The translations under genes and the position numbers were made by a program. The notes under the pieces were generated by a model, which worked only from the letters and a program-made list of their open reading frames with translations, was not told the DNA's origin and did not search any database. This document shows positions 49,360-61,969 of a stretch of DNA of 64,000 nt, piece by piece. The DNA is from an uncultured Thermoleophilia bacterium. GTDB taxonomy: Bacteria; Actinomycetota; Thermoleophilia; UBA2241. Where the stretch lies: positions 6,558-70,557 of the forward strand of contig CAVPXA010000033.1 of the NCBI GenBank assembly GCA_963709635.1, given 5' to 3'. Each line of letters opens with the position of its first letter. Within the stretch, counting starts at the first letter, position 1.

Positions 49360-49966
49360 CGCCATGCACCTGCAGCGGCTCATCGCCGACGCCGAGGGCC
49401 TCGGCGCGTCCCGCGCGGCCCCGCTGCCGGCGGCCGCGGTCGTCGTCGACGAGCGCGTCAACCTCAAGTGCCGCGTGCCGCTGTGCTCGGGCTACGGCCA
49501 CAACCTCATGTGCCCGCCCAGCGTGATGGCGGCCACCGAGACGCGCGCCGTGCTGCGCAAGTACGGCGACGCCCTGGTGGTGCAGCTCGACATCCCGCTC
49601 ACTCAGGACTGCGTCGACGAGCAGCTGGACGGCAAGACGTACGCCGAGGCCAGCTCGGACGCCGACCAGATCGAGGGGCTGCGCGAGAGCCAGAACGCGT
49701 TCGCGCACCTCATGACCGACCTGGAGCGGGCCGCGTTCAAGCTCGGCTACCGGTACGCGGCCGCGTTCTCGGGCGGGGAGTGCGTGCTCTGCGACGAGTG
49801 CGTCGGCCAGGCGTCGGGCGAGCAGTGCCGGCACCCGTTCGAGGCGCGCCCGTCCATGGAGGCCGTGGGCATCGACGTCGTCGCCACGGCAGAGGCGGCC
49901 GGCCTCAGCGTCGAGCTGCCGGCCGAGGAGCACCCCAGCTGGACGGGCCTCCTGCTGATCGACTAG
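49352..49966 (+). CDS. Cys-rich predicted metal-binding protein (DUF2284-like)
   Basis: Intact 204 aa. [18 protein letters not shown], then [22 protein letters not shown] 49352 (after GAGGAG) overlaps the uvrB stop, and ATG 49364 is an alternative start. uvrA starts 6 nt after its stop. Confidence 0.65.
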
Positions 49967-49972
49967 GGAAGA

Positions 49973-52846
<2,874 letters not shown>

Positions 52847-52850
<4 letters not shown>

Positions 52851-53077
52851 GCCGCGCCGCCGATCCCGTGGTCGTCGCCACGGCGCCCGACGCCGTGAGC
52901 GGCGCCATGCTCGCCGGCGCCCTCGAGTCGGCCGGCATCCCCGTCCAGGTCCTGGCCGCCGGCACCGGCTGGCTGTTCCCCGGCGCGGAGGGCGGCCTGG
53001 GCCCCGTGCGCATCCTCGTGCCGGCGACCGCCGCGGCGGAGGCCCGCGCCATCCTCGAAGAGCTCGACGCGGGCTGA
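52847..53077 (+). CDS. small DUF2007-like protein (putative signal-transducing fold)
   Basis: GTGA overlap with the uvrA stop. 76 aa: [29 protein letters not shown]...[20 protein letters not shown]. Confidence 0.55.
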
Positions 53078-53189
53078 GCGGGCAGGGCCGTCCTCGCGCG
53101 ACGCCTTACTTCCCGAAAGCCCCGGGACGGTTAACCGACAGCGCCTTCGGGCGCGCTCGCAGGTTGTCGCGCGACGTCAGGAGATCGAC

Positions 53190-54268
53190 ATGTCCGGCAC
53201 CTCCAGCCAGGTCATCGAGGTCAGCGACCTCGTGAAGACCTACGGGGCGAGACCCGCGCCGTCGACCAGGTGAGCTTCGCGGTGGACCGGGGAGAGCTCT
53301 TCGGCTTCCTCGGCCCCAACGGAGCCGGCAAGACCACGACGATCCGCATCCTCGCCACGCTCCTCAGGCCGACATCGGGTGCCGCCCGTGTGGCGGGCTA
53401 CGACGTGGTGCGCGACGCCGGCGAGGTGCGAAAGCGGCTCGGTCTCGCCCTGCAGACCCCGACCCTCGACGCCTTCTCGACCGGCCGTGAGACGCTCGAG
53501 CTCGCGGGCCGGCTGCATCGCCTGCCCAGACCGGAGATCCGCAGGCGCACCGACGAGCTGCTCCAGCTGATGGGGCTCGAGGCCGCGGCGAAGAAGCTCA
53601 CCGGCACCTACTCCGGCGGGATGAAGCGCCGTCTCGACCTCGCGGCGGCGCTCATGCACCGGCCGGAGGTGCTCATCCTCGACGAGCCCACCGAGGGTCT
53701 CGACCCGCAGAGCCGCACCGCCCTGTGGGAGGAGCTGGAACGCATCAACTGCCGAGGGGACCACGATGCTGCTCACGACGCACTACATGGAGGAGGCAGA
53801 CCGTCTCTGTTCGCGGCTGGCGATCATCGACAACGGCCACGTGGTCGTGGAGGGCAGGCCGGAGGCTCTCAAGGCGGGAGTCGGCGCCGACACGGTGGTC
53901 GTCCAGCTCGGCCAGGGAGGCCGCGAGGCGACTCGTCCACCGGTCGGGGGGGTCGATCGCGCTGCGGCAGAGGCCGCACCCGACGGCGACGGCGCCGGCA
54001 AGGACGCGCGCAAGACCGCGAGTTCTGCCGGCTGCTCGAGGGCATGGTGGCCTGCGAAGCCGTGGCCGCGCACGACGGGAGCGTGACGCTGTCGGTGCCC
54101 GACGCGAGCGCCGCCGTCCCGGCGCTCCTCCGGCGGCTCGACGGCAACGGGCTGGACATCGCCGGCCTGCAGATGAGCCAGCCGAGCCTCGACGACGTGT
54201 TCCTGAAGTACACGGGCCGCCACATCCGTGAAGAGGCGGCCGATCAGCCCATCATCCTGGGGTTCTGA
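53190..54268 (+). pseudogene. ABC transporter ATP-binding protein (DrrA/ABC-2 type), frame broken 3 times
   Basis: ATG 53190 after CAGGAG. A missing G in a G-run near 53245. Walker A GPNGAGKTT, signature YSGGMKRRL, Walker [12 protein letters not shown]. Further shifts near 53750 and 54010-54030. C-terminal domain ...LQMSQPSLDDVFLKYTG. Confidence 0.85.
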
Positions 54269-54270
54269 CC

Positions 54271-55048
54271 ATGAACGAGATCACCGCCTTCGCCTACGAC
54301 ACGTACTGGCTGGGCCTGCGGACCACGCGGCGGTTCATCCGCGTGCCGGCCAATCTGATCAGCATCATCTTCTTCCCGCTCATCCAGTTGCTGGTCTTCA
54401 GCCAGCTCTTCAAGGACATCATTCAGCTGCCGGCCTTCGCCAGCGACAGCTACCTCGCCTACCTCGCCCCCGGGCAGGTCGTCTTCGCCTCGTTCCTCGC
54501 GGTGGGCTGGGCGGGCTACGGGATGCTCGTCGAGTACCGCACCGGCTACCTCGACAAGCTGCGCGCCACGCCTATCGCACGGAGCGCGATCCTCGCCGGC
54601 GAGATGGTGCCGCTGTTCTTCGAGGCGGCGTTCATCGCCGGCGTGATCCTCGGCGTGAGCGTGCTGCTTGGCGCCACGCTGGTGACCGGACTGGGAGGGC
54701 TCCTGCTGATCCTCTTCCTCTCCGGCGTGTTCGGCCTCGCCTTCGCCGGGCTCAATTTCATCGCCGCCCTGCTCACCAAGAGCGAGCAGGCCGTCAGCGC
54801 CCTGTCGCTGCTGATGTTCCCGGTGGTCTTCATCTCGACGGCCTTCGTGCCGGCCGAGCTGATGCCGGGGTGGATGCAGAGCGTCAACGACCTAGAACCC
54901 GGTCACGTACCAGATCGAGGCGATCCGAGCCCTGATGACCGAGGGCTACGACTGGAGCGCGATCGGCAGCGCCCTGCTCGCCGACGCCATCGTCGGCGCC
55001 GTCCTGCTGACGGGCACGCTTCTGGCGTTCCGGCGGCTGGCGCGCTGA
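54271..55048 (+). pseudogene. ABC-2 type transporter permease (DrrB-like), one frame break
   Basis: ATG 2 nt after the ATPase stop. Six hydrophobic helices. An extra A near 54891 (SVNDL|NPVTYQIEAIRALM) moves the tail to a frame ending TGA 55046-55048. Confidence 0.8.
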
Positions 55049-55095
55049 TGGTCGAAGGAGGCCCGCGCGGCAGCGGCCGGCCCGCCGTCCGGCGG

Positions 55096-55101
55096 TACAA
55101 T
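55096..55101 (+). promoter_or_regulatory. -10 box TACAAT 7 nt upstream of the uvrC ATG (leaderless-type)
   Basis: ggcggTACAATcaggctgATG. No SD. Confidence 0.45.
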
Positions 55102-55108
55102 CAGGCTG

Positions 55109-56973
55109 ATGACCGATCAGCCCCAGCGTCGCGACCACCTCGACGACCTCCGCGCCACCCTCAGGCGCATCCCCAACGAGCCCGGCGTGTACCGCTTTCT
55201 GGACGACGCCGGGCGGGTGCTCTACGTGGGCAAGGCGAAGGCGCTGCGCAAACGCGTGGCGAACTACCTGCGCCCGTCGGCGCAGCCGCACGGGCGCACC
55301 GGCGAGATGCTCGCGCAGGCGCGGGACATCGACTGGGTGGTGACGGACTCGGAGACGGAGGCGCTCCTCCTCGAGGACAACTTCATCAAGGAGGAGCGCC
55401 CCGCCTACAACCTCCGTCTGCGCGACGACAAGAGCTACCCGTCCATCGAGATCACCCTGACCGACGAGTGGCCCAGGGTGCGGTTCTTCCGTGGCCGGCG
55501 CGTGCCGGGCAACCTGTACTTCGGCCCGTTCTCGAGCGCGCGCAAGGTGCGCGACACGCTCGACCTCATCGGCCGCATCTTCCCGTACCGCAAGTGCCGC
55601 GGCGCCGAGCCCGGCCGCCCGAGCGGCTCGCCCTGCCTGCAGTACTTCATCAAGCGCTCACTGGGTCCGTGCGACGAGCGCTGCTCGCGCGAGGAGTACC
55701 ATGGCCGCGGTGAACCAGGTCGTCGACTTCCTGCGCGGCCGCCTCGGTGAGGTGGAGAAGGACATCGAGCGGGGGATGAGGGCGGCGGCCGCAGGGCCAG
55801 GAGTTCGAGAAGGCGGCCTTGCTGCGCGACAGGCTCGCCGCCGTGCGTCACGTCCACGAGCGCCAGTCCATCGCACGTCGACGAGCGCGACGCGTTCGAC
55901 GTGGTCGGGCTCTCGCAGGCAGAGCCCGGCGCCAACATCCAGGTCTTCCTGGTGCGGGACGGGGCGGTCGTCGACCGGCAGTCCTTCTACCTGGAGAACG
56001 CCGCGGGCCGCGAGCCGGCCGACGTGCTGGAGGAGTTCCTGCTCGAGTACTACTGGGAGGGATCGGTGATCCCGCCGGAGGTGGTGGCGCCGCTCGAGGA
56101 CGGCGGCGGGCTCGGCGCCGTCCTCGGCGAGCGGCGTGGCGCCCGAGGGTGGTCAAGGCGGCCGTGCGCGGTCCCAAGCGCCGCCTGCTCGAGCTGGCGC
56201 AGCACAACGCCGATCTGGCGGCGCAGACGGAGGTCGACCGCATCGCGCGCAAGTCGGCGGCGCGCATCGAGGCGCTCGAGCGCCTGCGAGACGGGCTCGC
56301 GCTCGAGCGCCTGCCGCTGCGCATCGAGTGCTACGACATCTCCAACCTCGGCGAGAAGCACCCGGTCGGGTCGATGGTGGTGTTCGAGGGCGGGCTCCCC
56401 AAGAAGGCGCACTACCGCAAGTTCGCGGTGCGCGACGCCGCCGGCCAGGACGACTTCGCGATGATGAACCAGGTGCTGCGCCGGCGCTTCGAGCGTCGCT
56501 CGGAGGACGCCGGCGCCTACGACGAGAGCTTCGCGACCCTGCCCGACCTCGTGGTCGTGGACGGCGGCAAGGGGCAGCTCTCGGCCGCCGTCTCCGCGCT
56601 CCGCGAGGCCGGCGCCGACATCGACATCGTGAGTCTCGCCAAGCAACGCGAAGAGGTCTTCGTGCCCGGCCGGCGGGACCCGCTGCCGCTTCCGGCCGAC
56701 GACCCGGGTTCGCTCCTGCTGCAGCGCATCCGGGACGAGGCACACCGCTTCGCGGTGACGTACCATAGGCAGCGGCGCGATGCCGACCTGACCCGCTCGT
56801 CGATCTTCGACGAGCTCCCGCAGGTCGGCCCAGTACGCCGGCGGCGCATCCTGGAGCACTTCGGCAGCCCCGAGCGGTTCCTCAGCGCCAGCCGGGAGGA
56901 GATCGAGCGCGTGCCGGGGCTGCCACGCAAGGTGGCGAGGGAGATCTATGCGCACCTCCATAAGGCCGGATGA
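55109..56973 (+). pseudogene. uvrC: excinuclease ABC subunit C, frame broken 4 times as written
   Basis: GIY-YIG PGVYRFLDDAGRVLYVGKAKALRKRV. UVR domain QEFEKAALLRDRLAAV. Endonuclease and HhH C-terminus (IECYDISN, DGGKGQL, IRDEAHRFA). Frame path 2->0->1->2->1, with shifts near 55698, 55795, 55860-55900 and 56140-56150. Confidence 0.9.
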
Positions 56974-57484
56974 GCTCGCCCGCCTGGGCCGCCTCACGGA
57001 GGAGGCCTTCGTCTGCGAGCTCGGCGTCGGCTACCTGCTGCTGGCCGGCGACCTGCCGATAGCGCTCGAGCTCCCGGCGCCGACGCGCTCCATGCGGCAG
57101 GCGCACCGCGGCGAGAGCCGGTGGGCGCTCGACCTCGAGCGGTACTTCGCCGGCGAACCTGTGACCTTCGAGCTCGACGTGGACGCCTACGGCGAGGCCC
57201 ACGGCTTCACCGGCTTCGAGCTCGCCGTCTACAGGGCGCTGGCCGAGGTCCCCTACGGCCGGGCGGTGAGCTACCGCGACCTGGCCGTGGCCGCCGGTCG
57301 CCCCAACGCCTACCGCGCCGTCGGCTCCGCCATGGCGCGCAACGCGCTCCCGGTGATCCTCCCGTGCCACCGGGTCATCAAGAACGACGGCCGGCTCGGC
57401 TCCTACGGCGACGACCCGGCCTGGAAGGAGCGCCTGCTGGCGATCGAGGGCGTGCGTGTAGTAGAGGGGAGGGTGACGACGTGA
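56948..57484 (+). CDS. ogt: methylated-DNA--protein-cysteine methyltransferase
   Basis: Active-site motif PCHRV within VILPCHRVIKNDGRLGSY. The start overlaps the uvrC end by 26 nt and the stop overlaps the rapZ start (GTGA). Confidence 0.85.
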   Translation: MRTSIRPDELARLGRLTEEAFVCELGVGYLLLAGDLPIALELPAPTRSMRQAHRGESRWALDLERYFAGEPVTFELDVDAYGEAHGFTGFELAVYRALAEVPYGRAVSYRDLAVAAGRPNAYRAVGSAMARNALPVILPCHRVIKNDGRLGSYGDDPAWKERLLAIEGVRVVEGRVTT

Positions 57485-58350
57485 CCGAGGCGCTGCAGTT
57501 CGTGATCATCACGGGCCTGTCCGGCGCGGGCAAGTCGCAGGCCATGGACTCGTTCGAGGACGCCGGCTGGTTCTGCGTCGACAACCTGCCGCCGGAGCTG
57601 GTGCCGACGCTGGTCGACCTCTTCCGCCGCGAGGGCAGCAAGGTCGACAGGGTCGCCGTCGTCAGCGACGTGCGCGGCGGCGAGTACTTCGGCGCGCTGG
57701 AGCAGCTCCTCGACGAGCTGCACGAGCGCGGCGTGGAGTACACGCTCGTGTTCCTTGAGGCGTCCAACGAGGCGCTGGTCCGTCGCTTCAAGGAGACGCG
57801 CCGCCGGCACCCGCTGGCGGCCGGCGGCAGCGTCATCGACGGCATCCGCAAGGAGCGCCAGCGCCTCGCCGGCCTGCGCGAGCGCGCCCACCTCATCATC
57901 GACACCAGCGACATCTCGATCCACCAGCTCAAGGCGCGACTCAACGAGGACCTGATCAACCACACGCGGCGGACCAACATCGTGTTCGCCGTGGTGTCGT
58001 TCGGCTACAAGTACGGCATCCCCATCGACGCGGACCTGCTGTTCGACGTCCGCTTCCTGCCCAATCCGCACTACGACCTGCGGCTGCGGCCGCTCACCGG
58101 GATGGACGAGGAGGTCAGCAGCTTCGTCCTCGAGTCGCCGGGCACCAGCGAGTACCTCGAGCGCCTGTTCCCGCTGCTCGACTTCCTGTTCCCGCGCTAC
58201 GCGGCGGAGGGCAAGGCGCATCTCACCATCGGCGTCGGCTGCACCGGCGGGCGCCACCGGTCGGTGACCGTCGCCGAGCTCATCGGCAAGCGGTACGAGA
58301 AGCAGGGCTACTACACCGTGGTCCGGCACCGGGACCTCACGAGAGACTAG
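57481..58350 (+). CDS. rapZ: RNase adapter protein RapZ (YvcJ family)
   Basis: GTG 57481. P-loop ITGLSGAGKS. C-terminal CTGGRHRS motif. 289 aa. Confidence 0.9.
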   Translation: MTEALQFVIITGLSGAGKSQAMDSFEDAGWFCVDNLPPELVPTLVDLFRREGSKVDRVAVVSDVRGGEYFGALEQLLDELHERGVEYTLVFLEASNEALVRRFKETRRRHPLAAGGSVIDGIRKERQRLAGLRERAHLIIDTSDISIHQLKARLNEDLINHTRRTNIVFAVVSFGYKYGIPIDADLLFDVRFLPNPHYDLRLRPLTGMDEEVSSFVLESPGTSEYLERLFPLLDFLFPRYAAEGKAHLTIGVGCTGGRHRSVTVAELIGKRYEKQGYYTVVRHRDLTRD

Positions 58351-58364
58351 GTACTCGCTCACCG

Positions 58365-59615
58365 ATGAAGCGGTCGCTGGAGTGGCTCGCCCCGGGTCTG
58401 GGGCTCAAACGCTGGGCGCTGCTGGCGTTCGCCGGCGGCGTGCTGCTGGTGTACTCCGTGCTCTTCGGCATCGGCGTGCTGTGGTCGCCCCAGCTGATGG
58501 GCGGGCTCGGCATGGGCTGGCTCGAGAACCGGCACTGGGCCGCGCTGCTGCTGGCCGTCGACGGCTTCGCGGTGGGCCTGTTCGCGCTGCTGTACGGCGG
58601 GCGTCGCGTGTGGCTGTTCCAGCGTACGACGCCCGAGTCGGTGGGCGAGATCCGCGCAGCCAGCCGGCTGGCGCGCGGGCCGCGCGTGGTGGCGGTCGGC
58701 GGCGGCAACGGCCTCGCCGCCCTGCTCCGCGGCCTCAAGACGCACACCAGCAACCTCACCGCCGTCGTGACGATGGCGGACGACGGCGGCAGCTCCGGCA
58801 TGCTGCGCCGGGACATGGGCATGCCCCCGCCCGGCGACCTGCGCAACTGCCTCGTGGCGCTGGCCGACGACGAGTCGATGATGAGCCAGCTCTTCAAGTA
58901 CCGGTTCCCGGCGGACGGCGGTCTGCAGGGCCACAGCTTCGGCAACCTCTTCATCACCGCGCTCGCCGAGGTCAGCGGCGACTTCGAGCACGCCGTGCGC
59001 GAGGCGACGCACGTGCTCAAGGTGCGCGGGCGCGTGCTGCCGTCCACGCTCGACGACGTCGTGCTGCACGCCCAGCTCGAGGGCGGCGACCGCGTGAGCG
59101 GCGAGAGCAGCATCACGGCGGCCGAGCGGCTGCCGCGCCGCGTGTGGCTCACGCCCGAGGCGCCGCGCGGCGTGCCGCAGGCGGTCGCGGCGATCGCCCG
59201 GGCCGACCTCGTCGTGCTGGGCCCGGGCAGCCTCTACACCAGCGTCATCCCCAACGCGCTGGTGCCCGAGGTGCGCGAGGCCCTCGCGGAGTCGCGCGCC
59301 TGGGTCGTCTACGTGTGCAACGTCATGACGCAGCCGGGGGAGACCGACGGCTACACCGCCGGGGACCACCTCGACGCGCTGCACCGGCACGGGCTGGCGG
59401 GGATCGTCGACGCGGTCCTCGTCAACGACCGGCCGGTCTCGGCGGCCATGGTGCGCAGCTACGAGCGCTTCGGGTCCGGGCCGGTCGTCGTCGACGACGA
59501 CCGGCTCAGGGCGCTGGGCGTCAAGGTCGTGCGCGCGCCGGTCGCCGCCGAGAGCGACGTGGTGCGCCACGACTCGGAGCGCCTCGCGCAGGCGCTCGTG
59601 CGGCTCGTGAGATAG
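58365..59615 (+). CDS. yvcK: YvcK/CofD-like gluconeogenesis-factor family protein with N-terminal two-helix membrane extension
   Basis: VVAVGGGNGLAALLRGLK..TAVVTMADDGGSSG..PPGDLRNC. The first ~75 aa contain two hydrophobic helices. Confidence 0.85.
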   Translation: MKRSLEWLAPGLGLKRWALLAFAGGVLLVYSVLFGIGVLWSPQLMGGLGMGWLENRHWAALLLAVDGFAVGLFALLYGGRRVWLFQRTTPESVGEIRAASRLARGPRVVAVGGGNGLAALLRGLKTHTSNLTAVVTMADDGGSSGMLRRDMGMPPPGDLRNCLVALADDESMMSQLFKYRFPADGGLQGHSFGNLFITALAEVSGDFEHAVREATHVLKVRGRVLPSTLDDVVLHAQLEGGDRVSGESSITAAERLPRRVWLTPEAPRGVPQAVAAIARADLVVLGPGSLYTSVIPNALVPEVREALAESRAWVVYVCNVMTQPGETDGYTAGDHLDALHRHGLAGIVDAVLVNDRPVSAAMVRSYERFGSGPVVVDDDRLRALGVKVVRAPVAAESDVVRHDSERLAQALVRLVR

Positions 59616-59617
59616 CG

Positions 59618-60541
59618 GTGGGCTTCACCCGCGACGTCAAGCTCGAGCTCGTCACGGTGGCGCCCGGGGCGGACCACTGCCGCCGGGCGCAGCTCTCCGG
59701 CCTGCTCTTCGGCGCCGGCACCTTCGAGCTCGGCTCCGGCGGCCACTTCGGCGTGCGCATCTCCGTGGGGCACCCGGCCGTGGCGCGCCACGCGCTGGCG
59801 CTGCTCAAGCCGCTGCGGGCCGAGGCCCAGCTGCGCACCGTCGAGAGCGCGCCTATAGGCCTGCGCTACGAGGTGCTGCTGGGCGAGGAGGGGCGGGGGC
59901 TCCAGGTCCTCAACGAGGTCGGCGTGCTCTCGGACGACCTCGCCGTGCAGATGACGGTGCCGCGCAGGCTCGTCGAGCGGCGGTGCTGCCTGGTCGCGTT
60001 CCTCCGCGGGCTGTTCCTCGGCTGCGGGTCCATGTCGGCGCCGGGGGCGCCCGTGCACGCGGAGTTCACGGTGGAGGACGAGGACCTCGCCGGGCAGGTC
60101 CGGCGCCTGCTCGCCAGGCTCGACCTGCCGTTCTCGCTCACCTCGCGGGACCGCAACGTCGCCTGTTACACCAAGCGCGGGCAGACGGCCGCCGACCTGA
60201 TGGCGATCCTCGGCGCCCACGACTCGCTCCTGCGCTGGGAGGAGCACGCGGTGCTCGGGACGGTGCGTGAGAGCGCCAACCGGCTGGCCAACTGCGACGC
60301 CGCCAACGCGGGCCGGGCCGCCTCCGCCGGCGGGCGCCAGGCAGCGTTCCTGAGCGAGCTGATGGCGTCACCGGCCTGGGACGGCCTGCCGGCGCAGCTC
60401 CGCGACGTCGCGGAGCTGCGCGTCGAGTACCCGTATCTGAGCCTGACGGAGCTCGCGGAGCTGGCCGACCCGCCGCTGAGCCGGTCGGCCCTCAATCACC
60501 GTCTGCGCCGGCTCGCCGCCCTCGCGGGCGAGCAGAGCTGA
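59618..60541 (+). CDS. whiA: DNA-binding sporulation/cell-division regulator WhiA
   Basis: GTG 59618, 2 nt after the yvcK stop. FTRDVKLEL.., a degenerate LAGLIDADG-like region (FLRGLFLGCGS), and C-terminal HTH LSLTELAELADPPLSRSALNHRLRRL. Confidence 0.9.
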   Translation: MGFTRDVKLELVTVAPGADHCRRAQLSGLLFGAGTFELGSGGHFGVRISVGHPAVARHALALLKPLRAEAQLRTVESAPIGLRYEVLLGEEGRGLQVLNEVGVLSDDLAVQMTVPRRLVERRCCLVAFLRGLFLGCGSMSAPGAPVHAEFTVEDEDLAGQVRRLLARLDLPFSLTSRDRNVACYTKRGQTAADLMAILGAHDSLLRWEEHAVLGTVRESANRLANCDAANAGRAASAGGRQAAFLSELMASPAWDGLPAQLRDVAELRVEYPYLSLTELAELADPPLSRSALNHRLRRLAALAGEQS

Positions 60542-60551
60542 CCCGCCGCCC

Positions 60552-61790
60552 TCACATGGTGCGCGCGGCGCGGATCGTCAGCTCGCCGAGCCGGTACGTG
60601 TAGCTGCCCATCTCGTTGTCGTACCAGCCGAACACCTTGACGTGGGTGAGCGGCACGCGCACCACGTCGGGCGCGGCTTGCCCGCCGCCCGGGTCGCTCG
60701 GCGGCACCTTGAGGTTCATGAAACCGGTGCGCGTATGCGTCTCCGAGCCTTCGATCACCACGGCCGCATCCTCGCCGAGCATGTCGGCCGAGACGTTCTG
60801 CTCGTCGGTGTACTTGAGCAGGCCCTGCGCTTCGCCGGCGGCCGCGTCCTTGTAGATGGCGTTGATCGCGTCTCGCTCGACCGAGACGGAACCGTCCGGC
60901 AGAGTCTCGCTCTGGAAGGTGACGTTGAGGATGATGAGGCTGACGCTCTGCGTCGGTACGCGCACGGAGTCACCCATGAACCCGATGGTGCCGATCTCGG
61001 GCATGACCTGCTCCAGCGCCGCGGCGGCGTTGGTCGACGTGAGCACCAGGTTGCCGATCGCGCCGCGGGTCTTGCGCAGGTCGGTGGCGCCCGCCTTGGG
61101 CACCGAGTCGAGCACCGGCTGCGAGTTGGTCACCGCGTGGATGGTGCTCATGCCGGCGGTGATCATGTCCTTGGTGAGGTCGCGGTCGAGCAGCGGGCGG
61201 ATCATGTGCGCCAGCGCCGTCGTCGTACAGGACGCGGCCGACACCAGCGTGTGCCGCGCCGGGTCGAACTCGTAGTCGTTGATGCCGTGGACGAGGATCG
61301 CCGCGTCGTGCGGCAACGGCTGTCCCTTGTTCCTGCTCTTGAACGGCGAGCTCTGGACGACCACGGCGGCGCCCGCGGCCAGGTGGCCGCGAAGGGCGCC
61401 GCGCGGCGCGTCGGCGTCGGCGTGCGGGTCGCGGAACGTGCCGGTGGCGTCGACCACGAGGGTGACGCCGTTGTCCCGCCACGGGATGTCCTTGGGGTTG
61501 CGCGCCTCGCGCAGGATCACGATCTCCTTGCCGTAGGCGCTGATGAGGCCCTTGTCCTCGTAGACGACACTCATGTCGCGGGTGCCCGACCTCCCGAAGA
61601 GGAACCGGTGCAGGGGCCCGTAGGTGCTGTCCTTGGAGAGGTACTGGACGACCGAGTCGAGCGAGGTGCCCACCTGCCGGCCGGTGTTGACGACGAACCG
61701 GTCGAAGTCGTCACGGCCGAGGTGGTGCCAGAGCGTGAGCTTGCCGATCCTGCCGATGCCGTTGATGCCGAGGGTGCGCTGTGCGGCCAT
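60552..61790 (-). CDS. glyceraldehyde-3-phosphate dehydrogenase family protein, long divergent form (412 aa)
   Basis: ATG 61790 (codon 15 of track ORF) after AGGAGG. NAD motif GINGIGRIGK, catalytic SAASCTTT, C-terminal FGWYDNEMGSYTYRL. Carries insertions relative to the ~335-aa canonical enzyme. Confidence 0.8.
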   Translation of the reverse strand: MAAQRTLGINGIGRIGKLTLWHHLGRDDFDRFVVNTGRQVGTSLDSVVQYLSKDSTYGPLHRFLFGRSGTRDMSVVYEDKGLISAYGKEIVILREARNPKDIPWRDNGVTLVVDATGTFRDPHADADAPRGALRGHLAAGAAVVVQSSPFKSRNKGQPLPHDAAILVHGINDYEFDPARHTLVSAASCTTTALAHMIRPLLDRDLTKDMITAGMSTIHAVTNSQPVLDSVPKAGATDLRKTRGAIGNLVLTSTNAAAALEQVMPEIGTIGFMGDSVRVPTQSVSLIILNVTFQSETLPDGSVSVERDAINAIYKDAAAGEAQGLLKYTDEQNVSADMLGEDAAVVIEGSETHTRTGFMNLKVPPSDPGGGQAAPDVVRVPLTHVKVFGWYDNEMGSYTYRLGELTIRAARTM

Positions 61791-61969
61791 GAGCCGTACC
61801 TCCTGACGCGGCTGCGGACCTCCCCGTCGCACGGGCCTCTCCGCGCCGCTCGCTACTGCGGACCCGGCAATCCTACCGGGCGCGAACGGAGTAGGGGAGT
61901 GGCCGGACGGTCAACGCGCCGCCGGAGCCGCGCCCCGGCGCTCCGGCGCGGTCGGGTATCATCAGGGGC

